From Hydrolagus affinis (lineage: Eukaryota): 64,000 nucleotides of DNA. Made by a program: the position numbers and the translations under genes. This document shows, piece after piece, positions 25,001 to 37,000 of this stretch (within the stretch, counting starts at the first letter, position 1; each line of letters opens with the position of its first letter). The stretch is from NCBI GenBank assembly GCA_012026655.1, contig JAAILG010000714.1:1-64000 (forward strand), given 5' to 3'. The notes beneath the pieces are model-generated. The model ran no database searches and was not told the origin of the DNA. It worked only from the letters and a program-made list of their open reading frames with translations.

Positions 25001-28000
25001 AGGTCTCTCCGCTCCCTCTAATTTTCCATACCCTTTAAGATACGATGTAATGGAGTTATTTCACCCATCGCATTCTGTCAGCTTTAAATATCACATTCTT
25101 TCACTGGCCCTGAAACAGTAACTGTCTCGTCTTTCACAGAATGCTATACACCTGCCACGACGACGCCTCGAGGTTTGTTTATCTTCTTGCCAAACCTTCC
25201 TGCAACTACCTGGAACAAGAAGACTTCATTCCACTGTTGCAGGTATGCAAAGCAACATCACGTCACGTTTGTATCACGCCCTACACGTCAGAGGGACGTC
25301 CCAAAGCTGGGCTGTCAGGGTTTTGAACTCAAGCGGGGGTTTGGGATCAGGAGGAGTGGAGAGCAGGGAGTGTTGGGCGACTGAAGGCAATGTCCAAGAG
25401 GAGGGTCTTGGGACGTGCCTTGAAGGAGGCAAGGGAGGGAGCGAGGCGGAGGAACTGTGGGATGGAGTTCCAAAGGGTGAACAACACCTTTCAACAACAC
25501 AATAAAGAATACAAACAAGCCAAAACATTTTATTTGTATAGAACCCTTGTACAGAAACGGAGCACATATGACTTCAAAGTCATACTAGCGCAAGCCGGTA
25601 ACGCTAGCCGATAACACACATTGTCGCGCAGGTGCAGTGTATCGGTTTTCCGCTAGTAGCGTGTAGGGCTTCAGCTTGCAACTAGTAAAGTCATGCGACT
25701 TTAAAATCGCGCTGCCGCCTCCCTCACCCGCCTGGCGCCCCCCATTCAAAAAAGAATCGCTGGACTGCAAACCCCAACCAGCAAAGGTGAGAAGCGCAAG
25801 ACAGCAGCCCCAACAACAAGCTCCAACACAACATTCTGTCATTATCTGCCATTATTTAGTCTGGTGTGTATGGTGTGTGTTAAAAGAAATTTTAATTTTT
25901 TTATAGTGGGTTCTCGGCCGCGGGCCGCCCGAATATCCAGCAGTCGCTTTAACCAGCATTGCCCAGGTCCCACGGGTGCCAGATAAACGGGCTTCTACTG
26001 TACCTCTTTTGAAAGTCTTCTAATACATGTTAATTAAGCATTGAATGTCAGGGCATAGGTATCTCGGTTGGTTAATTTATTTAGAAAAGAATTTAACAGG
26101 GTTCCCAGATAATGGCGCAGTTTTCTCATAAGCACATGGAAATGCTACATAAAATCTGGTTTATACAAAGACAACTCACTCTCAGTCCAGGTCAATCATC
26201 TCTGAGGATCTGAGCGCTTCAACTTGATAGAAATGGATTGTGTGTGGCTCTTACTCAGCATAAATTAACTGTTACTATCAATTACCTCCAGCTACAGGAA
26301 AAGAGAACAATAGTTTTATTTTATGTTGTTAAAAAATAAAGTATTCTAAAGCTGGAATATTTCTTACCTGGGTAAGAAGTGCTGGAGGTTTCCTAGAATA
26401 CTTTAGGACTTTTAAGAAGAAATTTCAAGCTTTATTTTCTTGGCTTTTTAGCTGCAGTTATTCACAATCCTTCAAGAAATTTGGATGATTGATATATTTG
26501 AATGATCAAGTTTTATACGGGATGTTGAAGCCTCAGGAGGTCTTTTCCTGTTGGCTACCATTATCTCTTTTCCCTGTAATTCAGCACAGGCAAAATTGCT
26601 GCCTCATGTTTCCCGAGATGTATCTAGGGTGCAAAGCAGGAAGAGTCCACATCCTTGACAGATTTCAGCTGCAAATCTCCCCCACTGATCATATGCATTG
26701 GGCAGATAATTGAGTCACTCCCATTCCATTATGTGAACTGATCCAAACACTGATCCCCCTGTGTAAATGCTGATGAATTATAACTCAGTTGAGATAACTT
26801 GACCCAGTTGAGTCTGATCAATGGGAGGCTTGATTTACCAAGAATGACCAAGTAAAGATCATTGGCAGCCAATCACTGTGCCTTTTTCATGGATTAATTG
26901 GAAACATTGGACAAATGTTCATCTCAATTTACAAATCAATCAAAGTTTTAACAGCCTTCAGCTAGTTTAGCCACAACCCAAATAAGATGAAATGATTAAT
27001 TCCCGAAAATCCCTTGGATGAATTTCATCTACTGATAAAATGTCTAAGAATTATAATCACGCAGGAACGCAGATCCGTTTCGCTGGGGAAAACCGATAAC
27101 ATAGAATTTAATGCTTTCCAGCAATGACTTCCAAGCTTGGTGAGATCCTTTAAGCACACAGTACGATCCTTTCTATGCTGAACAGTTGTATTCCTTCTGT
27201 GTTTTTTTGCCTTTTTTTAAAAAAAAAAGGAAAATCATTGCTTCATAATCCTGTACAGATCACAGGATACGAAATGAAAAACAGGCATTTCCATCTGATA
27301 AACAGAATAAGAAACTTGGTCACAATCTGAACCAACCTTGGGTAGCCAGTGACACAACCTCATCAGCAGAACAGGTCACTTGGGCTCAATGTGTCAAAGA
27401 GGCGAATAAAAACATTTCTTAAAAAATGCATAATTTACATTCAGATCCACAGCAAATCAAGATGGGTACTGTAGGCAATAGTGCCACCTATTGACCTGAT
27501 TAATTACCTGACGTACTTGGTGCGGGCAAGACTTAATTAAAAGTGATCATCATTAAAATAATTTGAACTCATTTATTCTTAGTGCCACATCTGGTCCATA
27601 TAAAATAATGATCTGATTTCCCTTGAGAAACATCTCGCATTTGATTGTCTAGTTCCCAAATAAAACATTTAAGAGGGCCAAAATGTTAGAATGTGCAAAA
27701 TGGAAAATCATTCAAGCAATCGAGACTCGCTTCAATTAGTATGTAAATCTGGGGAATGTGTTTATTTGACCACTTGGACAAAAATTGTTTTATATACAGT
27801 ATACGTATATGTACACACATACCACACACACAACTTGAAAGGGCTAGAAATATGGACTCTTCCAGAGTCAGACACAATGATGCAGGTCGGACACCAGCAG
27901 CCCATTATCACTGCTCTTGAAGTATTTCAGCGTGATTGGAGAACTGTCTCACAAAGGTTTTTACAGTAAAAGCCCGTTTATCCGGCACCCGTGGGACCCT

Positions 28001-31000
28001 GGGCAATACCAGTTAAAGCGCCTGCCGGATATTTGGGCGGCCCGTGGCCGAAAACCCACAACAAAAATTTTTAAAGTTTTTTTAACACACACCATACACA
28101 CCAGACTAAATAATAACAGAATATTGTATTGGTACTTATTGTTAAAATTACTCTCTTGCGCTTCTCGCCTTTACTGATTGAGGTTTACAGTCCAGCGATT
28201 CTTTTTTAAATGGAGGACGCCAAGTGGGTGAAAAAAACGGCAGCGCAATTTTAAAGTTGCGCAACTTTACTAGCGGCAAGCCGATAGTCCTAGGCTCTAC
28301 TAGCGGCAAACTGAAATACTGCACCATGTGGTTTATTGGCTAGCGTTATCAGCTTGCTGCTAGTGTGGCTTTAAAGTCACACTCCATTTTTTTCACCCGC
28401 TTGACGTGCCCCATTTTAAAAAGAATCGTTGGACTATAAACCTCAACCGCAGCATCATGGCTTCAAGCGCAGCGTCTACTAGTGAAGGTGAGAAAGTGCA
28501 AGAGAGTAGTTTTAATAATAAGTACCAATACAATATTCTGTTATTCTGTTATTATTTATGCATTTATAAATGCTCCACTGCATTGTTGCGGATAAGTTCC
28601 AGTTTATCGAATGGGGACTTTTTTTTGGCGTGTCGGTTATACAGAAGTGCCGGTTCATCGAGTCACGGATAAACAGGCTTCTGCTGTATCAAGGTTTTAC
28701 AAGCAGCATTAGCAAACACCAGATCATCTTCCACGATGCAGCTGCAAGCAGCGTTAAATAAAACTCATTAGGACCGGTGGAATTTTCCATTGATCACATT
28801 ACAGCACATTGCAAAAGTGGAGGCTGTTTTCCATTGGAATTTGGGACACAAGTATTCCCAATCCACAAGCTTTTGCTTACATACCAATTCTCCCAAGCCA
28901 TTTAATTACCATTGCTTATGATAATGGGTGCAACTTAGCGATATATTTCATATTTATCACATTGAATGTTGGCGACTGTTCACAATGGTGATGTTAAGGA
29001 ATGCGAGTCCGTGGCTTTGGATTTCTGGCTGAACAGATATCTGCGGTCAACTGACGGGGAGCAGTATCCTGGCTACTCATAGGTTTTGTTGTTTGCTGGG
29101 AAGACTGCTTGCGTTTGGATGACGCATGCTGATCTATTCAAACAAGTGCAGCTTCAGGATACGTCTCCTTGTCTCTTCTCTGAAGATGTGCTGTGTCCTC
29201 TATTAACCGGTTGAGAGGTTAGGCTGGCACTTGTCTCTCAGCCTTGTATTACTGCTGCAGCGCACACATGCACAGTGAGCCAGGCAAAAGCCTTTAAGAC
29301 GCTCTGATGATGTGAAAGACCCTTTATCAACTGCAAGGATTCTTATTATTATTCTGAACTGCAAAGTCAGTGATTGGGAGGTGTTATTCCGAAAGAGTAA
29401 ATCTTTCCATGTACATTAATAAAAGGGTATTGAAAGAATGAGGAACAACTGATCCATACTAATCCATGCTTATTGTAAAATATTTTTTAAAAATTTGTAT
29501 AGCACTTCTCACATCAGGAGGACGTGTCAAGGTCTGGGACAGTCAGGGATTTGGACCTGAGCTGGGGGTCGAGATAGGACAGGATGGAGGGCGGGGGTGT
29601 AGGAGGGTGGCCAAAAGGCTTGCTCAAAGAGGAGGGACTTTGATTCTGGTCTCACGATTTCTAACGCACCTTATAAGCAATCGAGACTCGCATTCATTTT
29701 CGACATCTCTTCCCTAGGACATTGTGGACACTCACCCGGGTCTGACATTTCTGAAGGATGCACCAGAATTCCATTCACGATACATTACCACGGTAAGATC
29801 AGGTTGCACACGTCATGATTATCAGCAATGTTCTGCTACAGTTTGTTCACACTATTCAGATTATTTAACATCGCAGGCTTCGGCGAAACAAATATGCAGG
29901 GATTAAAAGGATAGATCACTGTGACCAGTCCTAAAGTTGGAAGAATATCATTCGATACTCAGCCTACTTTAGCCTCCAATCGCTTTTCTTACCAAACACT
30001 AACTCTTACAGTAACGTGTTCAGAATAGCCTTTTTGGATGACATACCAATGGCCAGCTGACATGTTTAAAACTGCCCCATGTAAGAATGAGTGCTTTCAG
30101 GAAGGGAGGGGTAATTCCAGCAGGGAGATGGTTAACTTCCTTAATCACTGCCGCTATTTTATTTACCTCTGTGATTTTTTTTGAGAAAATATATACATAC
30201 TGTATAGAAATTTAAAAAACACATTTGGTGCAACAGAAATTCCCAAACAAATTCAAAGTGCAATAGCTTATTTTCCATGTTTCCTTTCTTTCCAATACAA
30301 AACAAAACATTCCCTCTGATTGCTTATGAACTACAAATCCTGACCCTCAAAAAGAAGTGCTAAAGACTGAACCCCGAAAGAGCAAAGGGGTGGGTGACTA
30401 TGTTGGCTGTTTATATTAGATGCATGACCAACTGCTGAGGATTTCAAAATCACTATGTCATGGAAAGACTGATTGTACCTGAAGGTGATCCCTAGCACAT
30501 GACTGTCCCTATTAGGGAGTTTGGCATCAGTTTTTATATCTGTCAATAAGGCCCATCCCTTTGTCTGTTCACAAATCGCAGAGAGATGTTTTAAAATAGA
30601 TCAATTTCCCCTTGGAGCAGGCTTGTTGACTGACGCTTGTGCCTGTCAGGACAGTGTTGTTTAGGTTAGCAGGACACTGCATTTAACCTGAGGCATGTAA
30701 CTCTGCTGCGAGTTTGCCCTTTCCTCTATCCTCCAGGGATGAGAGTCTGTTTGATTTTTTGTTAATATAGCTCTGCGATGAATGGTTATTTGTGGGTTGT
30801 TTACTTCCCCCTCACGTGCAGGTCATACAGAGAATATTTTACACAGTCAACAGATCCTGGTCCGGCAAGATAACCCTGACGGAACTGAGGAAGAGCAACT
30901 TCCTGCAAGTATGTCACCCCTCCAGCAAAGGCTACAGATGTAGGTCAAGACCTATCACACAATTGTCAAAGTAGTCAACCTGCTACCATTTTTAGAGAAC

Positions 31001-34000
31001 CGAAAGCGAGGAACCATTAGATGCAATATCCATTTTATAACCTCTATGGGAGTCCTGTGGCTCAGTGGCTTGAGCACTCGCCTTACAAGCGTGAGACCTG
31101 TGTTCGAATCCAGGCACGTCAGGGCGAAACCTTGGGCAAGTTTTCTTATTCTACATACCTAATAATAACCCCTAAAAAAAAACGAAAATAAATTGGTCAA
31201 TCCAATCCGTGACTGTTTTTGGGACGCTGCTGTGCGCAATTGGCTGCCGCGTTTCGCCCACAAATATGCAGTTAATTCACTTTACAGTATATTTTGTGAA
31301 GCGCTTTGAGGCGTCTGGAAGATGTGAAAAGCGCTATATCACAAGCAAGGATTAATATTGTTAATAGGTATGTAATGGACTCCTAGGTCATATGTAAGAC
31401 TCCACTGTCTTATCTGAAGAGGAACAAAAAACAAATAGAAAAGATGTAGCTTTTGTACCTCTACCCTAGCCATCTCTTATGCTTTTTGTCAATTCTCTGC
31501 CTTTGAACACAAGAAAGGATTTATTTATTTTGCATTTCCAGGCAGGTTTTAGCAATGTTTATGTTCAGTTTGCCAGGTAGTGTAGAACCCAAATAAATAC
31601 TGATAGAGACAAGAGAGAGGGGAAAGTCGTGGTTTGACATGATACTTTTTGTTGTTGCTTTCTAACACTTATTAATCCTTGTGTTCTTTGTTTTTCTTAA
31701 GACTCTTGCTCTCCTGGAAGAAGAAGACGACATAAACCAAATCACAGACTACTTCTCATATGAGCATTTTTATGTAATTTACTGTAAGTTCTGGGAACTA
31801 GACACTGACCATGACCTCTTTGTTGATCAGAAGGACTTGGCCAGACATAATGATCATGGTGAGTGATTCTATAAATCACATACTGGTAAATTTATCTCTT
31901 GTACTGTATCCTTTACATGTTCTGGATGAAAGGATAAAGTTATTGTAGGTTTCAAAAAAACTGGGTTTTTATTTACTGGAACAGGGAAGGTTAAGGGGTG
32001 AGATGGAGGGGAGGGGACGAAATCTAATGGCTTGCCTATTCACCAGAATCCTGTTGCAACAGAATCTGGGACCAGTGATGCAAGAGATTATGAAAGGGAG
32101 AAAATTAGACATAAAAAGAAATGGTCACTCAGTCCACGACTGTTTGTGGGACACTGGTGTGCACAATTGGCTGCCGTATTTTGCCCACAAAATGTATAGT
32201 CAATTCACTTTGCGATATATACTGCAAGGCACCTTGAGTCATCTCAACGACATGGTAAGGCATTAAAATCAAATACAAGGATTATTATTAAATACCTTTT
32301 CTGCTATGCCATTTCATAAGCTGTTTCCTCTACAGTCAAAATAAGATGCCTTGGGCATTGAATCCGTCCAGAAACAAAACAATCCTAAAATTGGTCATTT
32401 CAATCCATGACTGTTTGTGAGACACTGCTGTGCGCAATTGGCTGCCCCGTTTCGCCCACAAATATACAGTCAATTCACTTTACAGTTTATTCTGTGAAGC
32501 GCTTTGAGACGTCTAGAAGACGTGAAAAGCGCTATATCAAATGCAAGGATTATTATTATTAATATTATTATTATGAAATCTTATCTTTGTTGTGTTTTCC
32601 CACAGCTATCTCTAATCGAATTATTGAAAGAATATTCTCCGGAGCAGTTACAAGGTGAGTTAATCATGTTTGTTTCCACAACTGGATAATTTCTTAACAG
32701 TTATGAATTCAGATAGCTTGATCTCAATGGTTTCAAAAAGAAAGCGTTTGCAAGATTTAACAAAAGCACGAAGGGAGGTTCACATTCACAGAAATGATCT
32801 TGATATCAGCCACGTTGGAGGTCACTGTGTATCAAGCAATTACAGTGGCTCGACTGGGTTTTGGTCTACTGGCTGTTATAACAACAACAACAACATACTG
32901 CATTCACATCGTGCTCCTCATGAAGGTTAGCATCTCAGAACACCTATATTCTGAGTCACAAGTCTCAATGCTCCATTGCATGTTATATATAAAATAATGA
33001 AATAATAAAAATGCTCTGAATTGGAAAATATTTAACCTGCTTGTTAAAAATGCTTTTCGTGGGACCAAGAGGGTAGAAGCACTCACTACTTAATGCAGCA
33101 CAAAGCCACACAGAAAGTGTGAATCTCGGTTAAACATTTGGGATGAATTAGCTGATCTCAGCCAGTGTATTATTTAAGATGCTAAAAATGTTCTTGGTGT
33201 TCCGGGGTTAGGGAAGGTAAAAATCAGGCAGACTTCCTGGTGCTGATTTTTATCCAGTGACCCCCTCCTGTATCTTGTGGGGGGTTTTTGTGTGTGTGTC
33301 CATACCTTTGGTGGCTATAGGTTCAGGGTCAGTCTACATTCACTGTTCAGTATCGCCAAAGAGCTGAACCTTTTGGAATTAGAATGAATGTCTTTAAGAG
33401 ACGAGCAATGAAGTGAAAATTAGCTGCTGTGTCTAAACATTGTGCTTAAACAATGCCAAGTTGCCAATTGTTTTGTGGTCACGACTATTAAATGGAATAA
33501 TCTCCAGTGAGCGCACTCTATTTTCAGGGGTAATTCTGTGCAGAAGGAAGGGCGAATGAGCTACGCTGACTTTGTCTGGTTTTTGCTTTCTGAGGAAGAT
33601 AAGAAGAATGCCACCAGGTAATTTTCGGTGGTGCTGCCACGAATGCCAAATTCCATCATCTCCAGTGGGCTTTTGGAGTTGTGATATATAGTATTACTGT
33701 ATTGCCGACAGCACAACCCGTGATCTTTATAAATTAACCTGGGAACTATTTAGAGGATTTATGATGACGCCATGGTGAACACCTCAGTGATATGGATGCA
33801 TTCATTTGATCCAAAGTAAAAATATATATGGCTTTCAAGTAAGAAGGTTGTAATGTTTTACATTCCTTGTTCTAGTATGGAGTACTGGTTCCGGGCCATG
33901 GACATTGACGGTGATGGTGTGCTCTCTATGTATGAGCTGGAGTATTTCTACGAAGAACAATGTGAACGGATGGAGGGAATGGGCATCGAGCCATTGCCAT

Positions 34001-37000
34001 TCCACGACCTCCTGTGCCAGATGCTGGATCTAGTGAAGCCAGAATGTGAAGGTGAATGAATGGAATAAAGCAAAGTCGGAGTGAGCAGAAAAAGTCCCGT
34101 TTAATACTTTAAATAGTCAGGTTCGCGTAATGGCCGAGGTAACCGACAATACTGAGGTATTGATGTTTCTCTCAAAGAACATAGTTGCCTTTTAAGGGAG
34201 TATCAAGTCAGGTTGGCTTCCTAGAAGTGAGGAACAGCCTGATCCTAGTACAGTATATAGGTGCTATATTCGCTGCTGTGAAAGTTCAGACATGGTATCT
34301 TATATCTTGTACAGTGCAAACTGGACAAGGAATGTGACAGGCAATGTCACATGCATGTGAGACGAGAGAAACAAAGGGTCACGTCATTCTTCACTTTGTG
34401 GACGGGAATCATTTGCTGTGAGGATGGTGCTAAAAGTTGGAATGTTCCTGAATCATCTTGATTTCACTCCCGGAACTCTCTTCTTTCAGGAAAAATCACC
34501 CTGCGAGATCTAAAGAGGTGCAGAATGGCACATATATTTTATGACACTTGCTTCAACCTAGAGAAATATCTGGACCATGAGCAGAGAGATCCATTTGCTG
34601 TGCAGAAGGTAACCGTGCGTTCAGAATAGAGGGGCAAAATATAATTTCACATTACATTGTGGTGACCTTAAACAACATTGGAAATAATAATAATTATCCT
34701 TGCATTTGGTATAGGGTCTTATGTCACAAGACATCTCAGTGCTTCAGACAATATTCTGTAGTGTAAATACTGTACTATATTTTACAGGCGAAATAGAATA
34801 ACACAGTGTAATATAAATCTTAACCACAATAATGCAATAGTTACACAGCTTCCCTTGTGCCTATTCATACCATCATAAGCTCACATGGACAAGGTCAGTA
34901 AATATAATGACCAGAGAATAATCAAACACAATCAAATTCTTTCATATTTCAGAATATGAAATTTTGGTGGCAGAAAAGTCTGCCAATGAGCAGTTACAGG
35001 TTGGTAAATATATGAATGAGGATTTAGGTAACGCGGTTTATTGAGAGATTGCACCTCAAAAGTATTTAGTAGCTGAGTTATTGGCCTATATTGTTTACTA
35101 GATTTATTTGAAGTTGTCACAATTCCGATTAGATAAACGAGTAAACTTTCATCCTCCTTTTTAAAAAAAATACGAAAAATAAAGTGAGTTATTCACTTGC
35201 AGTTAAATTTAGAAACTTTCAGAATGTGGGCTGATAATTGGATTTTTTTAACAAAAAATTTAACTACCCATAACAACTACCCTTGAGGATTAGGCTTGCG
35301 ATATCATCGCATGTTCTTCTAATGTTAATTGTCATTCTTTGCTTTTTTTGCAGGATATTGAGAGTGATAGTCCAGAGCCTTCGGACTGGGACAAATATGC
35401 GGCAGAAGAATATGAAATTTTGGTGGCAGAAGAGTCTGCCAATGAGCAGTTACAGGAAGGGTGAGTTCATGCAAACAATTGCATCCTGTTTGAAATCGTA
35501 AGATGTAGGCACTAGAGATGCAAGATAGGATGCAAATTCATCCCCCACAGGGAAGAACTTAGTGGAGGCAAAGGCTTCTTCAACGGGAAACCGAGAATAT
35601 TGGAGTGATGCCCATCTCGACCGTCCTTAAGTATTTTTTGGAGGCTGTAGAAGGGCCAGTGACAAAGGGTTTACATGAGTCACTTGCCCTCAGTGAATGG
35701 TTTAACATGGGTAGATATGGTTTACATTATCTTAGCTGGTGGACCTCAGGAATACAGCAGAATCAGCTCTGAATCGTTGACAGTTGATTACATTTCAGTG
35801 TTTATCACAGGGACATATTGGCAGCAATCAGGCTGCTGTAATGCTGCAGCCTTACATATTAATTCATATCCAAAGCAATTTCCAGGAGACGTGGAGCTCC
35901 TGTAGCTCAGTGGTTAGAGCACTCGCCTTGCAAGCAAGCGTGAGACCTGTGTTCAAATCCAGGTAGATCAGGGCGAAACCTTGGGCAAGTTTCCTTACTC
36001 CACACGCCTAATAATAATGCCTCAAAAAAAAACAGTAATAAAAATTGGTCATTTCAGTCCATGACTGTGCGTAATTGGCTGCCGCGTTTCACCCACAAAG
36101 ATACAGTCAATTCACTTTACAGTCTATTCCATGAGGCGCTTTGAGACGTTGATAAGATGTGAAAAGCGCTACATCAAATTTCAAGGATTATTATTATTAT
36201 AAGGTTGCACTGCAGGTCATAATAATGTTAGTTGACTGATGTCATACCCAGAGTTACATTACACGCTGAATCAACACAAAGCACATCAAACGTAAACTGT
36301 ACAGTATAACTGCAACATTGCTGTGGACAGTGGCCTTCTAAATGGCGTAGCTGACAGCGCTTCTCAGTCTTGTGTACTCCCTGAAAAAAATTGCAAAATA
36401 AAAACTTGTTGGTGGCACATAAATTATCACATTACGATAAATTCACCTATTCCTATCCATCCGATAGCACTGTCAGTGTACGGGAGGGAATCACACTACA
36501 ACACTTGCTTTATATGTCAATTAAACACAATAACTCTTTCTGGTAATGCTGATTTTTAATGCTAGTGCAAAAGATATTAAACTTCACCACAAATCTTTTT
36601 ATTTCACAGTGCCATCTAGTGTTGCATTCTAGGTGTGAGAGCTCCGCATGTTCTTTGAAACCTGCTGTATGGAGGAAAATCCACACAAGAGTAAACTGAT
36701 TCAATGTTTCTCGGTGGTGGAGAAAAGAGCTCAGCGGATTATAATTATCAAACTATAAAATAGCATTTGTTGCCATCAAAACAAAAACACTGTTGACTTA
36801 TTTGAAAGAAAATCCACCCTAAAGTACTGCTCAAAGAAGTGGTAATAGCCAAGTTTATTATATTCCTCAGCAATGGTCAACTGGCCAAATAATAACTTTA
36901 CCAATATTAACAAAAAAAACAACCTGGAAATTCCTCGATTTAATTCCCATTTTATGCTGAGTTACCTGATCTCAGCCAGGATGGCAAACAGGACCTATGA

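Noticed and set aside
35893-35965. tRNA-like sequences (also at 2362, 5434, 7904, 11016, 31048, 57911)
   Set aside because: Each runs straight into the shared SINE body and tail and lacks a proper acceptor stem; these are SINE heads, not tRNA genes.
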